From contig NC_087437.1 in NCBI RefSeq assembly GCF_036321535.1, positions 99,016,001 through 99,080,000 on the forward strand: a stretch of DNA of 64,000 nt, in the 5' to 3' direction. Below the pieces are notes generated by a model. The model ran no database searches and was not told where the DNA came from. It saw only the letters and a list, made by a program, of their open reading frames with translations. Of this stretch, positions 1 to 14,322 are shown piece after piece. Source of the DNA: Camelus dromedarius (lineage: Eukaryota). Numbering within the stretch: the first letter of the stretch is position 1; each line of letters starts with the position of its first letter. The position numbers and the translations under genes were made by a program.

Positions 1-420
1 ACATTTTTTTATGTATAAGAAAGAATGATAAGGAGAAAATTTTAAAAAACTACCATTTATAACTCTAAACTATAAAGACCAGGAATAAATCTAATAAGAA
101 ATGTGCAAAAACTTCCAAGAAGAAAATTAGTAAGCATCATTGAGACACATTAATGAATATGGAAATAATTGGTAATATATTGTATTTCACAAATTGGAGG
201 ACTGAACCTTATAAAACTGGTCAGATCTCCTTATATTGACTTAGGAGTTTAGTGTGATCCCAGTCATAATACCAGTAGATTTTTGTTTTTTTAAGGAAAT
301 CCTCCCTTTCTTCCATCCATCCACCCTCCCTCCCTGCTATAATGCAATTTAAATAACAAAATAAAATAAGCAAAAAAAAATCCTCTAAATCAGTACAATA
401 ACATTTTACTGGGAACGTGA
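1..420 (+). mobile_element. Old LINE-1 (L1M) ORF2 fragment
   Basis: ggaataaatctaataagaaatgtgcaaaa...aaattggaggactgaac...atcccagtcataataccagtagattttt resembles the L1 ORF2 3' region; decayed. Confidence 0.7.
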
Positions 421-3400
421 ACATATACCGTAAGTGCTTTAAAGATTCAGTATAGTGTGTGGAAGGAAGAGAGACAGCAAAACATTTTGTCATCTTTCTT
501 TATTGTTGAATGCCATGGTTATGACTAGTGTTGGGAAGATAAGGTGATTGTGGTTGGGGTTGGTTTTTGATTTGTGACGGTTGGGGTTGCCTTTCTTGGT
601 GTGCTGCATTTTGTTAAAAGCTATTTCTGAGCTCTGAGATTTGCAGTATGAACTCTCTCTCTCTCTACTGGCATGCCTTAATATCTGGAATGTAGCTATT
701 GCATACTTTACACTGTAAAGTCTGGGTAGAATCATTGGCTTTACTTTAGTGAGGCCAGGGAAGGAACCCTTATGAGGATGTGGCTTTATAGAAAGTTTAT
801 ATTTATTATGCTAGTACTGGAATATAGAAAGGGTCAAGGGCTTTGAAATGGAGGGCTCCTATTTGGGCTAGAGGTTGGACTTTTGCCCCAAAAACCCCCC
901 CCAAAACAAAAAACCCCAAAGCGGTAGTAACATCTAATATTTTAATCACCCATTTGTTTCAAACACTTGTTTAGTCCTTAGTAGTTATGGTGCATGCTCT
1001 AGGGATGAAATAAGTCCATGTTCCTACCCTCCAGATGCTGGTGGGAGAGACTGATTAATAATTTTGTGCCATGTAATAAAGGAGTTTATAAAGTCCTTTA
1101 ATTGAAAGAAGGAGATGATAAAAGGAAACCTACTGAAGCATGCTGTACGTCCCTGGTAATAATAATAAAAAAAAAAATCTCAGTATATTATAAGCTCTAA
1201 ATCAAGGAGCTCACAAAATCACGGCATTCTTTCATCCACCATTTTTTAGTACCATAGTTCTACCATACTATATTATGGTTAAAGAATATTATAATAAATC
1301 TACTTCTTTAAAATCCATACTTTTATTATAATACATCTACCATATGACTGAATTGTTATGTGCATATTTAATTTTATACATTTAATTATGTATATACACA
1401 TGCCAAGAATAAATAGGATTTAGGAAGTGGCTACTTTTCAAAAATTTTCTATCTTAGGTCACTTTGAGGAGCATTGAGCATGTATGTATGTCTTGAGCCC
1501 TACTCAGTTATTAACAATTTGTACCTAATCTTACCTCTATAAGGAAAGGTGTATAGGAGTATTGGGGAGATGGTGTCTTTAGTTTATATCCTTGACTTTC
1601 TTTACCTCCCAGTTTCCTTTGTGGAATAGTATAACAAACTGCAGGGAAGCTGCTTGGTCCTAGAGGTACATTTGAGGCCATCCGTTCTCCCAAGAGTAGA
1701 GAAGGGAACTAAAACGCTTATGTTATCTCAGCACATTTAATGTAATGTTTCCATACAACATAAAAATCAAGAGGTATGCTTTCTTGGTGGGAGGGATCTG
1801 AAGAGAAGGATGTTAGAATTTCCTATATTGAAACATTAGAAAAATACTTCTGGTTTTTATAATCTTAACTAGATCTAGGATAAGAAGAATATATATCATT
1901 TCAGGGCTGTCTATATCATAGATTTGGGGTAGGTTGTTAACACTTTTGGGGAACATAAGACCTAGTTTTACTCAATGTGGTCTTGAGGCTGAGTCTCATT
2001 TTGTTATTAACTTTATGTGACATAAACAGATTTTAAATTTTGCAGACTGGGTGTATTTTGTAGAAATCAGGTATTCCTAAGTTTTCCATAACTAATGTCT
2101 GTGTGCCCCATTGCCTGGTCATGATATATGTGATCTGATGTGTTAACATTAAGAAGGGTTCATTTCTTATTAGTATTTTATTATGATTAGCTTAAAAATA
2201 CATAATACTAGAGGATCATCCACCTAGGAGATTTAGGATTGAGTGTAGTTCTCCTTGACTTTTGACCAGTTTATACTTTTGGAATATACTGTAGAATCCT
2301 CTTTTTCAATGGTTATTGTACATGCCCAACAATGCTAGTCAATTGCTGGGTGCCTCTTCTATCTCTTACACATGACCACTGATGCTAGTTCTTCTTTCTT
2401 GTTAAGGGTATTGTTGCTGCTTTTCCCAGAACTCATTGCTTGTTTTAGTTCATTCACTTCTGATTACCAATGTAGAAATAAGGTTCCTTTATTTATACCC
2501 CTTAATACACATATGTTACAAAAGGAACAAACTTTTCAAATGAAAACACTCCCATTTATAAAGTCAATAAATAGATACCTTTTTATAGAAAACAGATTTT
2601 GGTGTTATATTTACCTTTTGTTATAGTTACCTTTTGTATACTATGTGTTAACTTTTCTCTTTTGAAGTATCACCTTGTACAAATTTAATTTCTCCCAGTT
2701 TATTGTTGTTGTTGTTGTTATTGTTATTATATTATTGCTGAACTCTGTACAACTTGAACAGTAGGAAGTCTCTCAAGTTGCCTTATCTCCCTTTTATGTT
2801 CTTAAAAATTTGTTTCTGGTAACAGTGGGATGTTCTAGGTGAATGCTGATTTTTTTATGCCCCAACTCATCTAGATACCTTCCAAGGAGTTCTGGTATCT
2901 TTTGTGGTAAGTGATGTAAGAGAAAAAGCCGCCAGAGGTTCAGGTTGCATGTGTGAAATTGGTATTTGGGCAAAGAGTGCTGCTGCTGATGTTGGATTAC
3001 TCCTTAAAATGACAGAGGTGTAAACTGTTTATTTTTACATGTGAGTTTACTTTGATATTTACATTTTAATGTATCACGTTTCCTGTTTTCTTTTTCAGCA
3101 TGTGGTTTTACTGATTCCCAAAGAAAGACTTTATCTTATATTCACATAAGTTATTTTAAGTAATAGTTTGGAATCTAATGCATTGAATCTAATCTCATGT
3201 TATAAAGTTAGGGATGAAAGAATAATTTACTTTTCCCTCATGATTAAGGAAGATAGCTATGTTATTTTCATATTAATGTGATAGAGCAAAATCTTTAGCA
3301 TAAAGATGGTGTAGCACAAATGCAGTTTTCTCAAAAAGCCAAGAAGTTAAAAGACTCACTTTTGCTCAGGTTTTTATAATGAACACAAAACGGAGTGAGA

Positions 3401-4255
3401 TAACCTGGCTATTATTTATGCTTATTTAGAATAGTAAGTAACACATATCTTGAGCAGGCAAAATGCATGGTTAGTCTATCTGTGGGAATCAGGCTTTTCC
3501 AGCATGTTGTTACATGCTTAAAATTAAGAAAAATACCACTAAGCAAAGTAGCACACTCTTGCCGTGTTAGTTGATGTATTTTCAGATACTCTGTAGGTGA
3601 GTTGATTTTTAAGAGGTTAATCTTTTATTATTCTTATATGTAGATATTTATTTAGCTAGGCTTTTCCCTAGGCAGACTTTTGGATAAAGAAGTGAACATA
3701 GAAATATTCTCTTCATTCAGCTGTCATAGAACTACAGATCTCTAGAACTAAAAGGAACCATAGATTAACTTAATCCTTTTTTATAGAAAAGGAAATTAAT
3801 GGTTAGAGAAGTAAAAGTGCAGTTTTTTCAGTTTTTTAATGTTTTCTTGATGATTCAAAGTAAGTGTTATAAAATCTAGTCATTGTATTGTAAATATGTA
3901 TTTAATACAGTGAAACTTACCTAGGTGCTATAGTCCTGGCACTAAACCTCTCCTCTAATTTGTTGAAACATAATTTAACATTTTTAATATGTAATACTGT
4001 CTTTATGTGTTTGAAATTGCCTTTTTCTGAGAATAAAAGGCTGCATATCTCTTGATTTGTTGGCATTGCCACTGCTGTGTTCTTAAAGAAAAGTAACTTC
4101 CACTTGAGTAAATTTAGCATTAAATATTACTTCCCCAAATATATTATCCAGAGCTTAATTAATTAAAATCCTTAGTTTATAGTATGCTATTTCCTAGAAT
4201 ATAGACTAAATTAATACTGTATTTTTTCCCCATCATTTTCTCCCCATTGCTTAAG

Positions 4256-4418
4256 GGTTCTTGAAGCCAGCATAGCAGAAAATAAAGCATGTTTGAAGAG
4301 GACACCTACTGAAGTTTGGAGGGATTCTCGAAACCCTTATGATAGAAAAAGGCAGGACAGAGCTCCTGTTGGACTAAAGAATGTTGGCAATACTTGCTGG
4401 TTTAGTGCTGTTATTCAG
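4256..4418 (+). CDS. USP25: USP25 exon 5 (163 nt): (R)[54 protein letters not shown]; Cys box with catalytic Cys (TGC 4395-4397, human C178)
   Basis: Acceptor ttaag|G after a pyrimidine tract; donor CAG|gtaagg; USP Cys-box motif GLxNxGNTCW. Confidence 0.97.
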
Positions 4419-6417
4419 GTAAGGATCTTTATGCACATCTTACCTGGTGGGTGTGACAGCAGTGGAAAGTGGGTTGGACTTGTGTTTCTTTTTTTAGTCG
4501 TGTACTTTAAAACTGCAGACAAGGTTTTAATATGCCTTTCTGTCTAATGAACCATTTGGGGATTGCAGTATTCCCACCCACCCACCCACCCTTTGGTTTC
4601 TCACTCCCAGTATGGAGTTTTAATGATAGAACACTACTTATGCTTTATTTGGAATTAATTTCTCATCTGCAGTTAATTTCTCCTCCATCCTTACTGTTAG
4701 GAATTGTTGTCAGATTAGAAAGAAAAATATTACTGTGTGTAAATCTCTGCAAATTTAGGGAAGGATGTAACCAAGATGTGAAACCAGAACTGGTTTTTTT
4801 TTTTTTTTTGTGAGTCAGATCAGATTTATTTGTATATAATAGAAAATGACATTTAAGAATTATAGTCATTTAAATACTATTTTTATGTAAGAGGACGTTT
4901 TAGTTGAGAGGAGAATAGATTGACAAATTCTTAAGGCATATGTGAGACTGATGTAAAAAATAAATACTGATAAGTCAAGAATAACATTTCTCTTCCTAAC
5001 TTGGAAACGCCTTAATGAAATATTTCTTGAGCCCCTTATTCGAAAATGAAAAATGCTTGTATACGTAGGTATCTGTCATCTTCTCAATGTGGACTAGTTT
5101 TTATTTTTTAAACTCTTTCTTGTGTTATGAGTAATTCTTTACCACTCTCAGATATTGAAAATGATATCCATCAGATTTCAAAACCTTAAACAATCTCCTT
5201 AAATAAAACAATCTATGAATAATAACATGCTCTTAATTATTTTAAGTAATAATTTAGGAAAATTAATATTTGTGTTTATGTTTCTAATACAGCTGAATTG
5301 TAGCTTATTATTTAGTGTTTCTGATGAGTCCTTTTTAAATATCTTCATTTTGTAACTTTCTAAACCTATGTGATGGTGTAAACTGTCATAATATACCACT
5401 TTCGTATGATACTAAAGCAACTAACAGATTATTTAGTTCATTTCTACAAGGTTGCTAATTGTGCTCTCTAGGCGATTAGTCTGTAATTTAAACTTCTTTT
5501 CTACCTCAATGTTAAAATGTCCAACTTTTTTCTGCCTTTTTGCTTCTGGCAAATAATATTATACAGTTTGATTTCCTTTGATTTTCCTGGATTTATGCTT
5601 CACTCTTTAATAACTGTGGTATATGCTAGTTAATAATATTCTATTGCTGGTTGTTTTCCAGGCTATTAAAATATTGAGGAATACATAGATTAACATAAAT
5701 TTGTAATAATATTTTTGTTCCTGGCCTTGAGTATGTATGAATTATTCACTTACATGCCAACAACATCTCAAACTTTGTTATCTTAGATTCTCTTAGATCT
5801 TCTTAATAGGCTATCTTGGTTTACTTTACTTGCACTGTTAGAAAGGGCTTCTACATTTTATTGTTCAATCTAAATTTCATAGTTGAGGCATCATTTTAAA
5901 ATATGAAGCACAATTTCAAGGCTGTGAATCTGAGTGTTCATGAATACACTTTGTTGCCTGTATTTGGACAGGTAGATTCTATCTCTGTACTAGTATGGCG
6001 AGTAGAAGAGGCTCACTGATTAGAGGGTTAGCTTTGTTATACTTGTTCCTTTAGGTACCAGAACCTAAGTATTTTGGGAGAAAAGGAGAACAGTATGTCA
6101 GAAAGGGACTATAAACAGAAGATTGTACAGAAAATGGCTTACGTGATCGTCTGGACGCCAGCAGTATTAGCCTGTCTTTAGATTGGGCATCAACCTCTTA
6201 CTTGGTCAGGACTATTTTTATCCTGTTCAAATGGAACTTTTGTGTAGAAGGTACTAATTGGGCTGCTTTTTCCACGAGGATGTCAGCAAATTAGGTAGTT
6301 ACTCATAGGTATATATTCTCCTCTCTAGTTTGGGGTGTTGAGTTCAAGTAATCCATGGATTTCTCATGATGACCCTTAGCACCATTCCCATTTGGATGCC
6401 TCTAAAATGCTCAGAAG

Positions 6418-6557
6418 TAAGGTGCTCATACTTCTCAGTTAGCCTGGTACAGTCCCAGTTTACTCCCGTTGTCTATCAGTGACTGTTATTTGGTCTTAAA
6501 GCCCTCTTTGATACTTAGAAGGGTTGTGGGTTGGATAATAAACTATGTGATTGCTTA
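6418..6557. mobile_element. MER94-like hAT-Blackjack MITE
   Basis: taaggtgctcatac...gcctggtacagtcccagtttac...ggttggataataaactatgtgattgctta follows the recalled MER94 pattern with decayed TAGGGTGACC termini. Confidence 0.6.
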
Positions 6558-7349
6558 TGCATAAAATTATGAAACTCTAGGTTGACAAAAATACAGGCAT
6601 CTTGAGGGCAGAGAGCAACAACTTCTAGGTTGTTGTTCTATGCCAGTGTACAGTGGAGTGTCTGGTATGTTGGAAGAGCCCTTTAAGTGAGTGAATGAAT
6701 GAATTATAAAGGAGCATGTATCATCTATGGTGGTATTAAGGTGCTTCTGTCACTCACTCTAATGAAGTATGGGATTCAAAAGATGCCCCAAGTTTTCAAA
6801 AAATTTCAGAATATCACTTAACATGTTCATATGTGATGCCATTCCATTTTTTAAAAATCCACCAAGAAGAATTTATCTTGCTTTTCCTTAGTCTCCTTCA
6901 TCATAGAGAGTTTATCTCTCCCTTTGCTCTCTTGTCATCACTCTTTTTATTTTCCACAAATTATGTGTTTAAATTCTCATCTTCCATTTAGCTGTCTGGT
7001 ATTAACTAGAGTTTAGCCAAACTTTAACAAGTGTTCTTCAAAATTCACATAGGAACTTTGGACTGAATGAAAGGATACTTGTTTTCAAAACGTCTGACTT
7101 GACTCACAAACACAGTTTAGGCAGTAGTGACAATTATCCTTTCCCACCCCTTTGAAGGAATATGTTGACTAATACTACTATGACTAATTTAAGGTACAGA
7201 GTGTTTGAGACTTAAAAAAATTAATTTATGTGATTTGTCGTGATAATCCATGGTCACAAATTCTTTCGGTAATAGCACATTGTTATTTTAAGCCATCTAC
7301 CTGGTCATATTTTGCTGAAGCCCAAAACAAAATAAAAGAAAAAGAAAAC

Positions 7350-8640
7350 CAACTGTTTGAGGGGATCACATAGTCCTAAAGCAGTGAGGAATTTTGAGGC
7401 TATGCTCTGAGAGAACAGGATTTTTAAAGTAAGCTTTATATTTTGGGCTGATTTTATCTTTGAGGCAATTCCAGAAATGGCTGCTGAGTGACTGGAGAGC
7501 TAAGCAAGTTTCTCACAGACTTGGAGCCCTAGTAAACACCTGAGATTTTTAGTTAAATCCTAAAGGGCTTAAACCCAGGATTAACTGAGAGCTAAAAATA
7601 GGCCAAGCTTTATATTTTGTGAATCTTAGTTTGAGATTATCTCAGAATTGGTTGGATTAAGGTGGTCTGGGATTGCAGGTGGTCTCAGTCTTGCTGCTTG
7701 CCAGAAGGAAATGTAAACTCTGTTAGAAGATAATATTATCTCAAACTCTGAATTTTATCCGGTTTTTTTAATATGGTATTTACTGCTCAAATAGTCATAA
7801 TTGATCATATCAGAAAATATGTCCAAAAGTTAAGAGAAAATTATAGGTAATTAGAAATACACCTACAGGGAAACCTGAAAATTGAATTATTAATTATATA
7901 ACTATTAATATGCTCAATTAGAAGCCTGATTGAGAATTTTGATAGAAAACTAAAAACTATAAAAAATATTTTAGAACTGAAAAATATAATGAAGTTAAAA
8001 AAAATCAGTGGATGAGTTTAACAGTGCATTGAGTATTAGACAACTGGACAGTTAGTCCAAAGGACATTTTCAGACTAAAGTCATGAAATACAGATGAAAG
8101 CATATGAGAAATATTATGGACATGGTGTGAATAGTACTAACATAGTTTATTTGTGGTTCCAGAGGCAGTCTAAAAAGAAAAGAGGACAACAACAATATTT
8201 AAAGAGATGACAAAGAATATTCCAAACTTGGTTAAAAAGGTCATGCTATACATTCAGGAAGAAATAGGAGCCAAGTATTATGAACACAAAGAATGCTGTG
8301 CCATGGCACATCGTAATAAAGCAGAAAAACTACAGACAGAAAATTCTAGAAGTAGTGAGATGGAAAAAATACATATCTCCTCTATGAAAGAGCAAAAATA
8401 GACTAAGAGTTGACTTCTCAACAGAAATACTATCTTTAAAGTGCTGGAAAAAGATATAACTGGCCATCTAGGACTTTAGCAAAAGTCTTTTAAAAATTTC
8501 TTAAAGGACAGTTTTCAGTCTAGCAGAAGCTGAAGTATTTCATTACCAGAATACCCACACAAGAGAAAATTCTAATAGGTGTTCACAGAGAAGGAAAATG
8601 TTTTCCAATGGGAGCTCAGAGCATGCAAGTGGGATTGAGA
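7350..8640 (+). mobile_element. Old LINE-1 5' region/ORF1 relic
   Basis: tagaactgaaaaatataat...tggatgagtttaacagt, gacaaagaatattccaaacttgg, gacttctcaacagaaa are L1 ORF1-like; accounts for track ORF 8207..8401; boundaries approximate. Confidence 0.75.
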
Positions 8641-8649
8641 TTCTCCAGA

Positions 8650-9312
8650 TTTGTCACTATTCTCTTCTCTATTTAAATTCCTCATAAGAACATTAGAGTC
8701 CATACTTTGTCCCTCATACTTTGTATCCCATTGCTTCAGGACTCATTGCTGCTATTCTTCTACTATTCCACACAAAAAAAGGTGACTTCACAATTGCCAA
8801 ATCTAAAGATTATTTTCCTACTCTTACCATATTGGAACATCCTTCAAACTTTGGTAATCTTGTCCTTATGAAATTTGCCAGTGATTCTTTGATGTACTTC
8901 GGACTCTTCTGTGGTACTGTATATCTTTGTTGAGAAGTCCCTGACATAGGTATGTTTTTAAGGCTCCACAGTTATTCTGATACTCAACTGTCTACTTGAA
9001 AGCCTTCTCTACTCCTTTTTTCTTCTGCGATCTCATACTCCTCACTTCCTTTACTATTCTTATCTTGTCTTTCTCCTAGCTCTTTTTTTCCTCTGGCTTT
9101 TAAGTGTTTTATCTTTCTTAAGTTTCTGTTCTTGGCCTATTATTATTGTATTCAGATTATTTCTGATTTATAACATCTACTCTTATGGTTTTAACCTGCA
9201 ATCACAAGATTGTACAGAGGCAGAGACTTGATATATTTTATTCTCTGCTACCTGTCGTGTTTCTGGTGTAAGTGGGTGCTTCATAAATACTTGTTAAATG
9301 AATGAATAAGTG
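8650..9312 (+). mobile_element. LINE-2 relic (interrupted by a MER5-like fragment near 8930-9010)
   Basis: Pyrimidine-rich L2 body ending in ataaatacttgttaaatgaatgaataagtgaa, the typical L2 3' tail. Confidence 0.6.
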
Positions 9313-10419
9313 AATTATCTCATGTGTTCACATTGTTTAATTAAGTATTTTCATATTACAATGACTAGTTTTATGGTTTTAACTTTCATATTTAGGTCTT
9401 TAATCCACATCTGTATCTGTATATCTATATCCAACTCTATTTATATATAGTGGACCAGTCTTCCCAACACCCAATTACTAAACAAAATCCTGTTTTCTCA
9501 TTGATTTGTGGTGCCACCTTTATTTCTAGCAAGTTGGATAACCCATCTTTTACTAAGATTTAATACATTATCACCTCTTGGGAGTGATTTTCAAGCTTCA
9601 TAAATTGACTCAGAAAGGAATACATAGTAAAATACTTTCCTCATACATATGTGTGTAAAATATCTCCAATGGAAATCTTACTAACAATTCCCTGTGGTGA
9701 AGACACTGTTTATGACATGGTTTGATATTTTCCATTATATTTTATTTATTTTTTAAAATAAGTGTTCACCATGATGCATTCTTGGGTTACAAGCTATAGT
9801 TTAAAAACATAGCTCCAGGAAACCATGGGCATCTTTCATATGCTCTCATTATATTCTACATGATCAATATTACTGTATCTTGGAGCTACATCATTATTGT
9901 TACATTTAAATATCTGTCTCCTTTCTAGTTTGTGTGTCTCTTTGACCATTAGAGTTAATACGTAATTTCTTTGTGCCTCTGTCACCTAACATCTGGCCAA
10001 TAAATGTATTTGTACTATATTTTTGTAGAATTGGTGCCTCTAGATAACTCATACTGAACATGTTGAAAAAATTCTTGACTTTGCATTTGTGTACATTTTA
10101 TTTTGAGGAAACTGCTTAGGCAGATAGTAATTTAAAGAACTAAAACTTTTAATAATATATACAGTATTATTTTTTGAGTTGTTCATGTATAATTTTCTGC
10201 TTTGCAGTAGAGTAGATATTGTTAATGATCAAGAATGTTATGTCAAAATAAAAGAAATATGACTTTTTCTTAGGGAGAAAATAAGCCTTCTTGTGCTAGT
10301 GGGAATAATGCTGTGTATAAGTAGCCTAGTTGTCAAAAATAAATTGGTCAGACCACTCATTTTTATAGTTCTGTTTAGAATTTTCCATTTGGTTATCTTA
10401 AATTATTGTTCTTTTCCAG

Positions 10420-10506
10420 TCATTATTCAATCTTTTGGAATTTAGAAGATTAGTTCTGAATTATAAGCCTCCATCAAATGCTCAAGATTTACCCCGAAAC
10501 CAAAAG
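10420..10506 (+). CDS. USP25: USP25 exon 6 (87 nt): [29 protein letters not shown]
   Basis: cttttccag|TCA ... AAG|gtaaaa; phase 0-0; continues the exon 5 frame. Confidence 0.96.
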
Positions 10507-10939
10507 GTAAAATTTTGAAAGATTTTTTTAAGCAGAGTTTATATGGTCTTCATATTCATTTACTGTGCTTAATTCTGGGACATTTACCAAATTGAATATG
10601 AAACAGTGTCAAATTTGAATGTCAACCCATTAATCTCAACTACTACAGTAACTTCCTATTCTTAGTCAGTATATTGTAAGTATGAATTTTTCTTTATCTG
10701 TGTGTCAGTAATAGACCAATTTTTGTCTCACTTTAGTAATTGCTTTTTTCTTTCAGGAATGTCAAATTTCAGTAAACTTTATAGGTTACCATTTTCAATT
10801 CCAGGTCTTTTCCTCAATTGTCTTCTGAAAAATTATGTGGAGATAAAAATTTTTTCAATTGTTTCTATAGATGAAGTCTTTAGAAGATTAGTTCTACACT
10901 GGCTGTCTTTGCAGTGCAGATCTGTAACTTCTAATACAG

Positions 10940-11175
10940 GCAATATAATGTGACAGAGAACGCAGACAGCAGGGCCAGCTCTTCTGGGTTCTGGCTGTGG
11001 AGCTAGAGCTAGTTACTTGATCTGTTTCTGCTTGGTTTCCTTATGTGAAAAGTGTAAATAGTAATAGCAATTATTTTATAGAGTTGCTGTGTGAATTAAA
11101 TGAGATAAAACACATAAAGGACTTAGAAGTATCTGGTACATAGTAAGTACCAAGTGTCAGCTGTTGCTGGTTATT
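10940..11175 (+). mobile_element. MIR SINE
   Basis: MIR core gtttccttatgtgaaaagtg...tagagttgctgtgtgaattaaatgagataa...ctggtacatagtaagt. Confidence 0.75.
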
Positions 11176-12234
11176 ATACTGTTTATGTTAGCTTTTCAAA
11201 AGGTAGGACTGATTTGCATACAGAAATTCATACTTAATGAAAACATTAATTATAGAGATGATATGCTTAGGTGCAGGGCTTTGGTGATCTTGTCATAAAG
11301 AAACTGTAGCCCTCGAGGGGACTAGCTGCAAAGACAAAGAAGTTAAAGTTTTAGGTTTCAGTAAATTATAATATAATTTGATTTGTAATTGGCTTTTTCA
11401 AGCTATACTCTTTTTGTCTACTCAGTGTCAAACTGAAAAACAAGACATTTTTAAAAGAGAACCAGAATCACCTGACAACCTCTCATACTACAGAGAAATT
11501 AAGCAGATCCCTTTCAGTCATTACCATTTTTACATGAAACTTTTTGGACTGCTGCCTCTCTCTGTTGCAGTTTGTTAATTATAGTTCTTTCTTCTGATGT
11601 CTCAGTTGAAGTATATTTATAATTCATGTGGTTATTTAGAATTACTGCTTCCAATTTGTTATTCATATGTATCTTGACCTTTGCTTTTATGTTCCTGGAT
11701 TTTAGTGCTTTACAAAGTTTTAATTTCTTTTATTCTTTAAAGTGTTGAATGAGACCATTCAGTTTTGTAATCTTACTTGAAAAAACAATTGTGATATCCA
11801 TGCTTATGTACCAGAGCTGGTTTGGGGGTCATGAAAATGATCAGCAGAATACTAGAGACATGTATGAATCCAATCTTTAGCATCTTTCTAGAGAAATTTA
11901 TTCCTCACAGTGGAAAGGTCTGCATGTCTAGATATCCCTTTAGTTTAAGGAATTAAAGGAATCTCTACTTCTGTTCTGAAAAAGACACTAAATAAAGAAT
12001 GCCACGCAGTTTTATGAAAGATTATTCCATAAATGAAGTTATTCTTTAATTTGGCATGGGAATAGCAATGGATACTGTATCTTGACATCATTGAAGCAAA
12101 CGTGGGATTTATAGTTACCAGCCACTAATTGGTGTTACAATTCAATTCAGCTCAATTGAGGTGATAAAAGACAGGTTTTAAAAAGGTGTCAGTGTGACAT
12201 TAGTACAAGTAGACTTTATGTACAAAAAAAGGTC

Positions 12235-12460
12235 TCCCTACATAGAGTATGATTTGATTTATATAAATTGCAGAACCATGATTGCCTGGGAATGATTAGG
12301 GAGGAGAGTGAGGGAATGAAGAAACTTGGGGGTGATGGATAGGTACATTATCTTGATCATGGTGCTATATTTATGGATGTATACATGTGCAAAGCTCAGA
12401 AATTGTGCATTTTCTAGTGTACAGTGTGTTGTACATCAGTTACATCTTGATAAAAATGAT
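12235..12460 (+). mobile_element. L1MD/L1ME-type 3' UTR fragment
   Basis: ggggtgatggataggtacattatcttgatcatggtg...tgtacatcagttacatcttgataaa. Confidence 0.7.
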
Positions 12461-14184
12461 GAAGAATTGTGTTTGAATAGTTTCTATTTATGGTGGTATT
12501 TTCATAATTTAGCCAAGTACAGTAGCTGGTCTTAACAGGATTCACTCTTTTGCCTTTTGAAATTCAAGATTTTCTAGCCATAAGGGTTGGCTGAGAACAA
12601 AAATGTTTTATTATATTAAAGTATTTAACTTTTCACGTATACTTCTCAGAAGAATTTCACTTAATTTTCAAAATTCACTTATTTCATTTTTGTTACTTGG
12701 CAAGGAATGTCTCAAAAAACAGCATTGCCTTAGGTAGAGTGATTAATGAAGAAATTGATCTCAGAAAACTAAGGATATTTCTGAAACTATTTTGTGGATT
12801 AAATTTTTTAGTATTTATACTCCTTAAACCTATTTATGTGGGGCAATTGTTTGGGAGTAGTAAATACTACAGAAAAATCATGGACTAATTTTTATCTCAT
12901 TTAAAACTTACATTTAACCTTTATCATCACAGGTGGAATTTATCATATTGATATAAAATCCATGTTTTCTATAACTTAGCATTTTTATGTTAGAATTTAT
13001 GTACTTTCTGATTGTTGTGATGTGTGCATAGTTTTTAGATCAAATAATTATTTGGAATCCATTTTATTCCCTTACACCTATTTCTTAGGATATCTTTTAA
13101 TTCATACTGGGAACAACTATTCCTTTATTAATTGATTATATTACTCTGGGCAGCAACTGTACATACACAGACACACTTACAATTTTATAATATTGAGAAT
13201 GACAACTCTACAAACTTGGAAAAATTTCTAATGTTTAAGTAGTATATATAAGCTTTATCTGTTCAGTTGTTACTTTAAGAACTAACTATAGTAAGAACTA
13301 CTTGTCTGTTTTGTTGCTATAGCATATTTCACTAAGGTATGTGGATTACATTCTTATATAAAGGTTTCTTCTTATTTTAAAATAAATTGTTGGTGATTGA
13401 TAATATCAGGTTGTTTTTGTTCCTTCTGGAAGGTTCGGTTTAATTAGTCAGTGAGAATTGAATGCCTGCTTTGTATAGCGAAAAGTTGTGAGAGAGATAT
13501 TAATGTTCTTGTCTTTGAGAAACTTACAGTTTATTGAGAAACAAAAGTGAGTTTTCATAGGAAAATTAGAAGGATGATACATTAGTCTAATATTAGGATC
13601 TAGTCTAATTACTTATTAGACTAATAGTAGTCTGATAATTAGTATTATCATGCAGCAGTAGCAGTTGGTGATTCATTGCTGGGTGAAGGACATTGATTTC
13701 AGTAGCTATGGAGTTTGGAGGCTCACTGACTTGGAGTGGCCTGCGATGGCTTCATGGAGGAGGAGGGCTTTTTGCTTAAATGGGTTTATTGAGGTAATGT
13801 ACTTAAACAGTGCCTGGCACGTGGTTAACATTCATTGAATGCTGGCTCTTGTTATTGCTGTCCTCAGCAGCAGCTGGGCTTTGCTGAATGGAAAGGATTA
13901 TAATAAATAGACTTGAATGAGAATATTTTTGGCTGGGTAATGACTTGATTTGCTATGAATATGTGGCATTTATGCTGAAGTTGTGAGCTTAGGCTGGATC
14001 CTCTGCTGTCTTCATATTTGTCTCTTCCTCCTTTCAGTCTCCTAGATGACACTGACACTCTATGATATAGGAGTGCTGGATTCATCCCTAATCTATGTCA
14101 GTTAAATTTTTGGTTACTTTTAAAATGAGTATCTGTTTACCAGTTTAATCTTCACTTAAAGATTTTTTCCTTTTTTTCCGATAG

Positions 14185-14322
14185 GAGCATCGGAATTTGC
14201 CTTTTATGCGTGAGCTTCGGTATCTGTTTGCACTTCTTGTTGGTACTAAGAGGAAATACGTTGATCCATCAAGAGCAGTTGAAATTCTTAAGGACGCTTT
14301 CAAATCAAATGATTCCCAGCAG
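14185..14322 (+). CDS. USP25: USP25 exon 7 (138 nt): [46 protein letters not shown]
   Basis: tttttccgatag|GAG ... CAG|gtagct; phase 0-0. Confidence 0.96.

Noticed and set aside
1145..1177. AATAAA plus A-run suggesting a retrocopy tail
   Set aside because: No upstream recognisable coding or SINE sequence and no clear TSD.
10441..10895. 17-nt exact copy of exon 6 sequence (tttagaagattagttct, 10441-10457) at 10879-10895
   Set aside because: Similarity does not extend on either side and there are no splice sites; a 17-mer match in 64 kb of AT-rich DNA is plausible by chance.
13581..13625. 12-bp inverted repeat attagtctaata/tattagactaat (similar 11-bp stem at 36105-36141)
   Set aside because: Short AT-rich stems inside decayed L2 sequence; too short and weak for a pre-miRNA or MITE.
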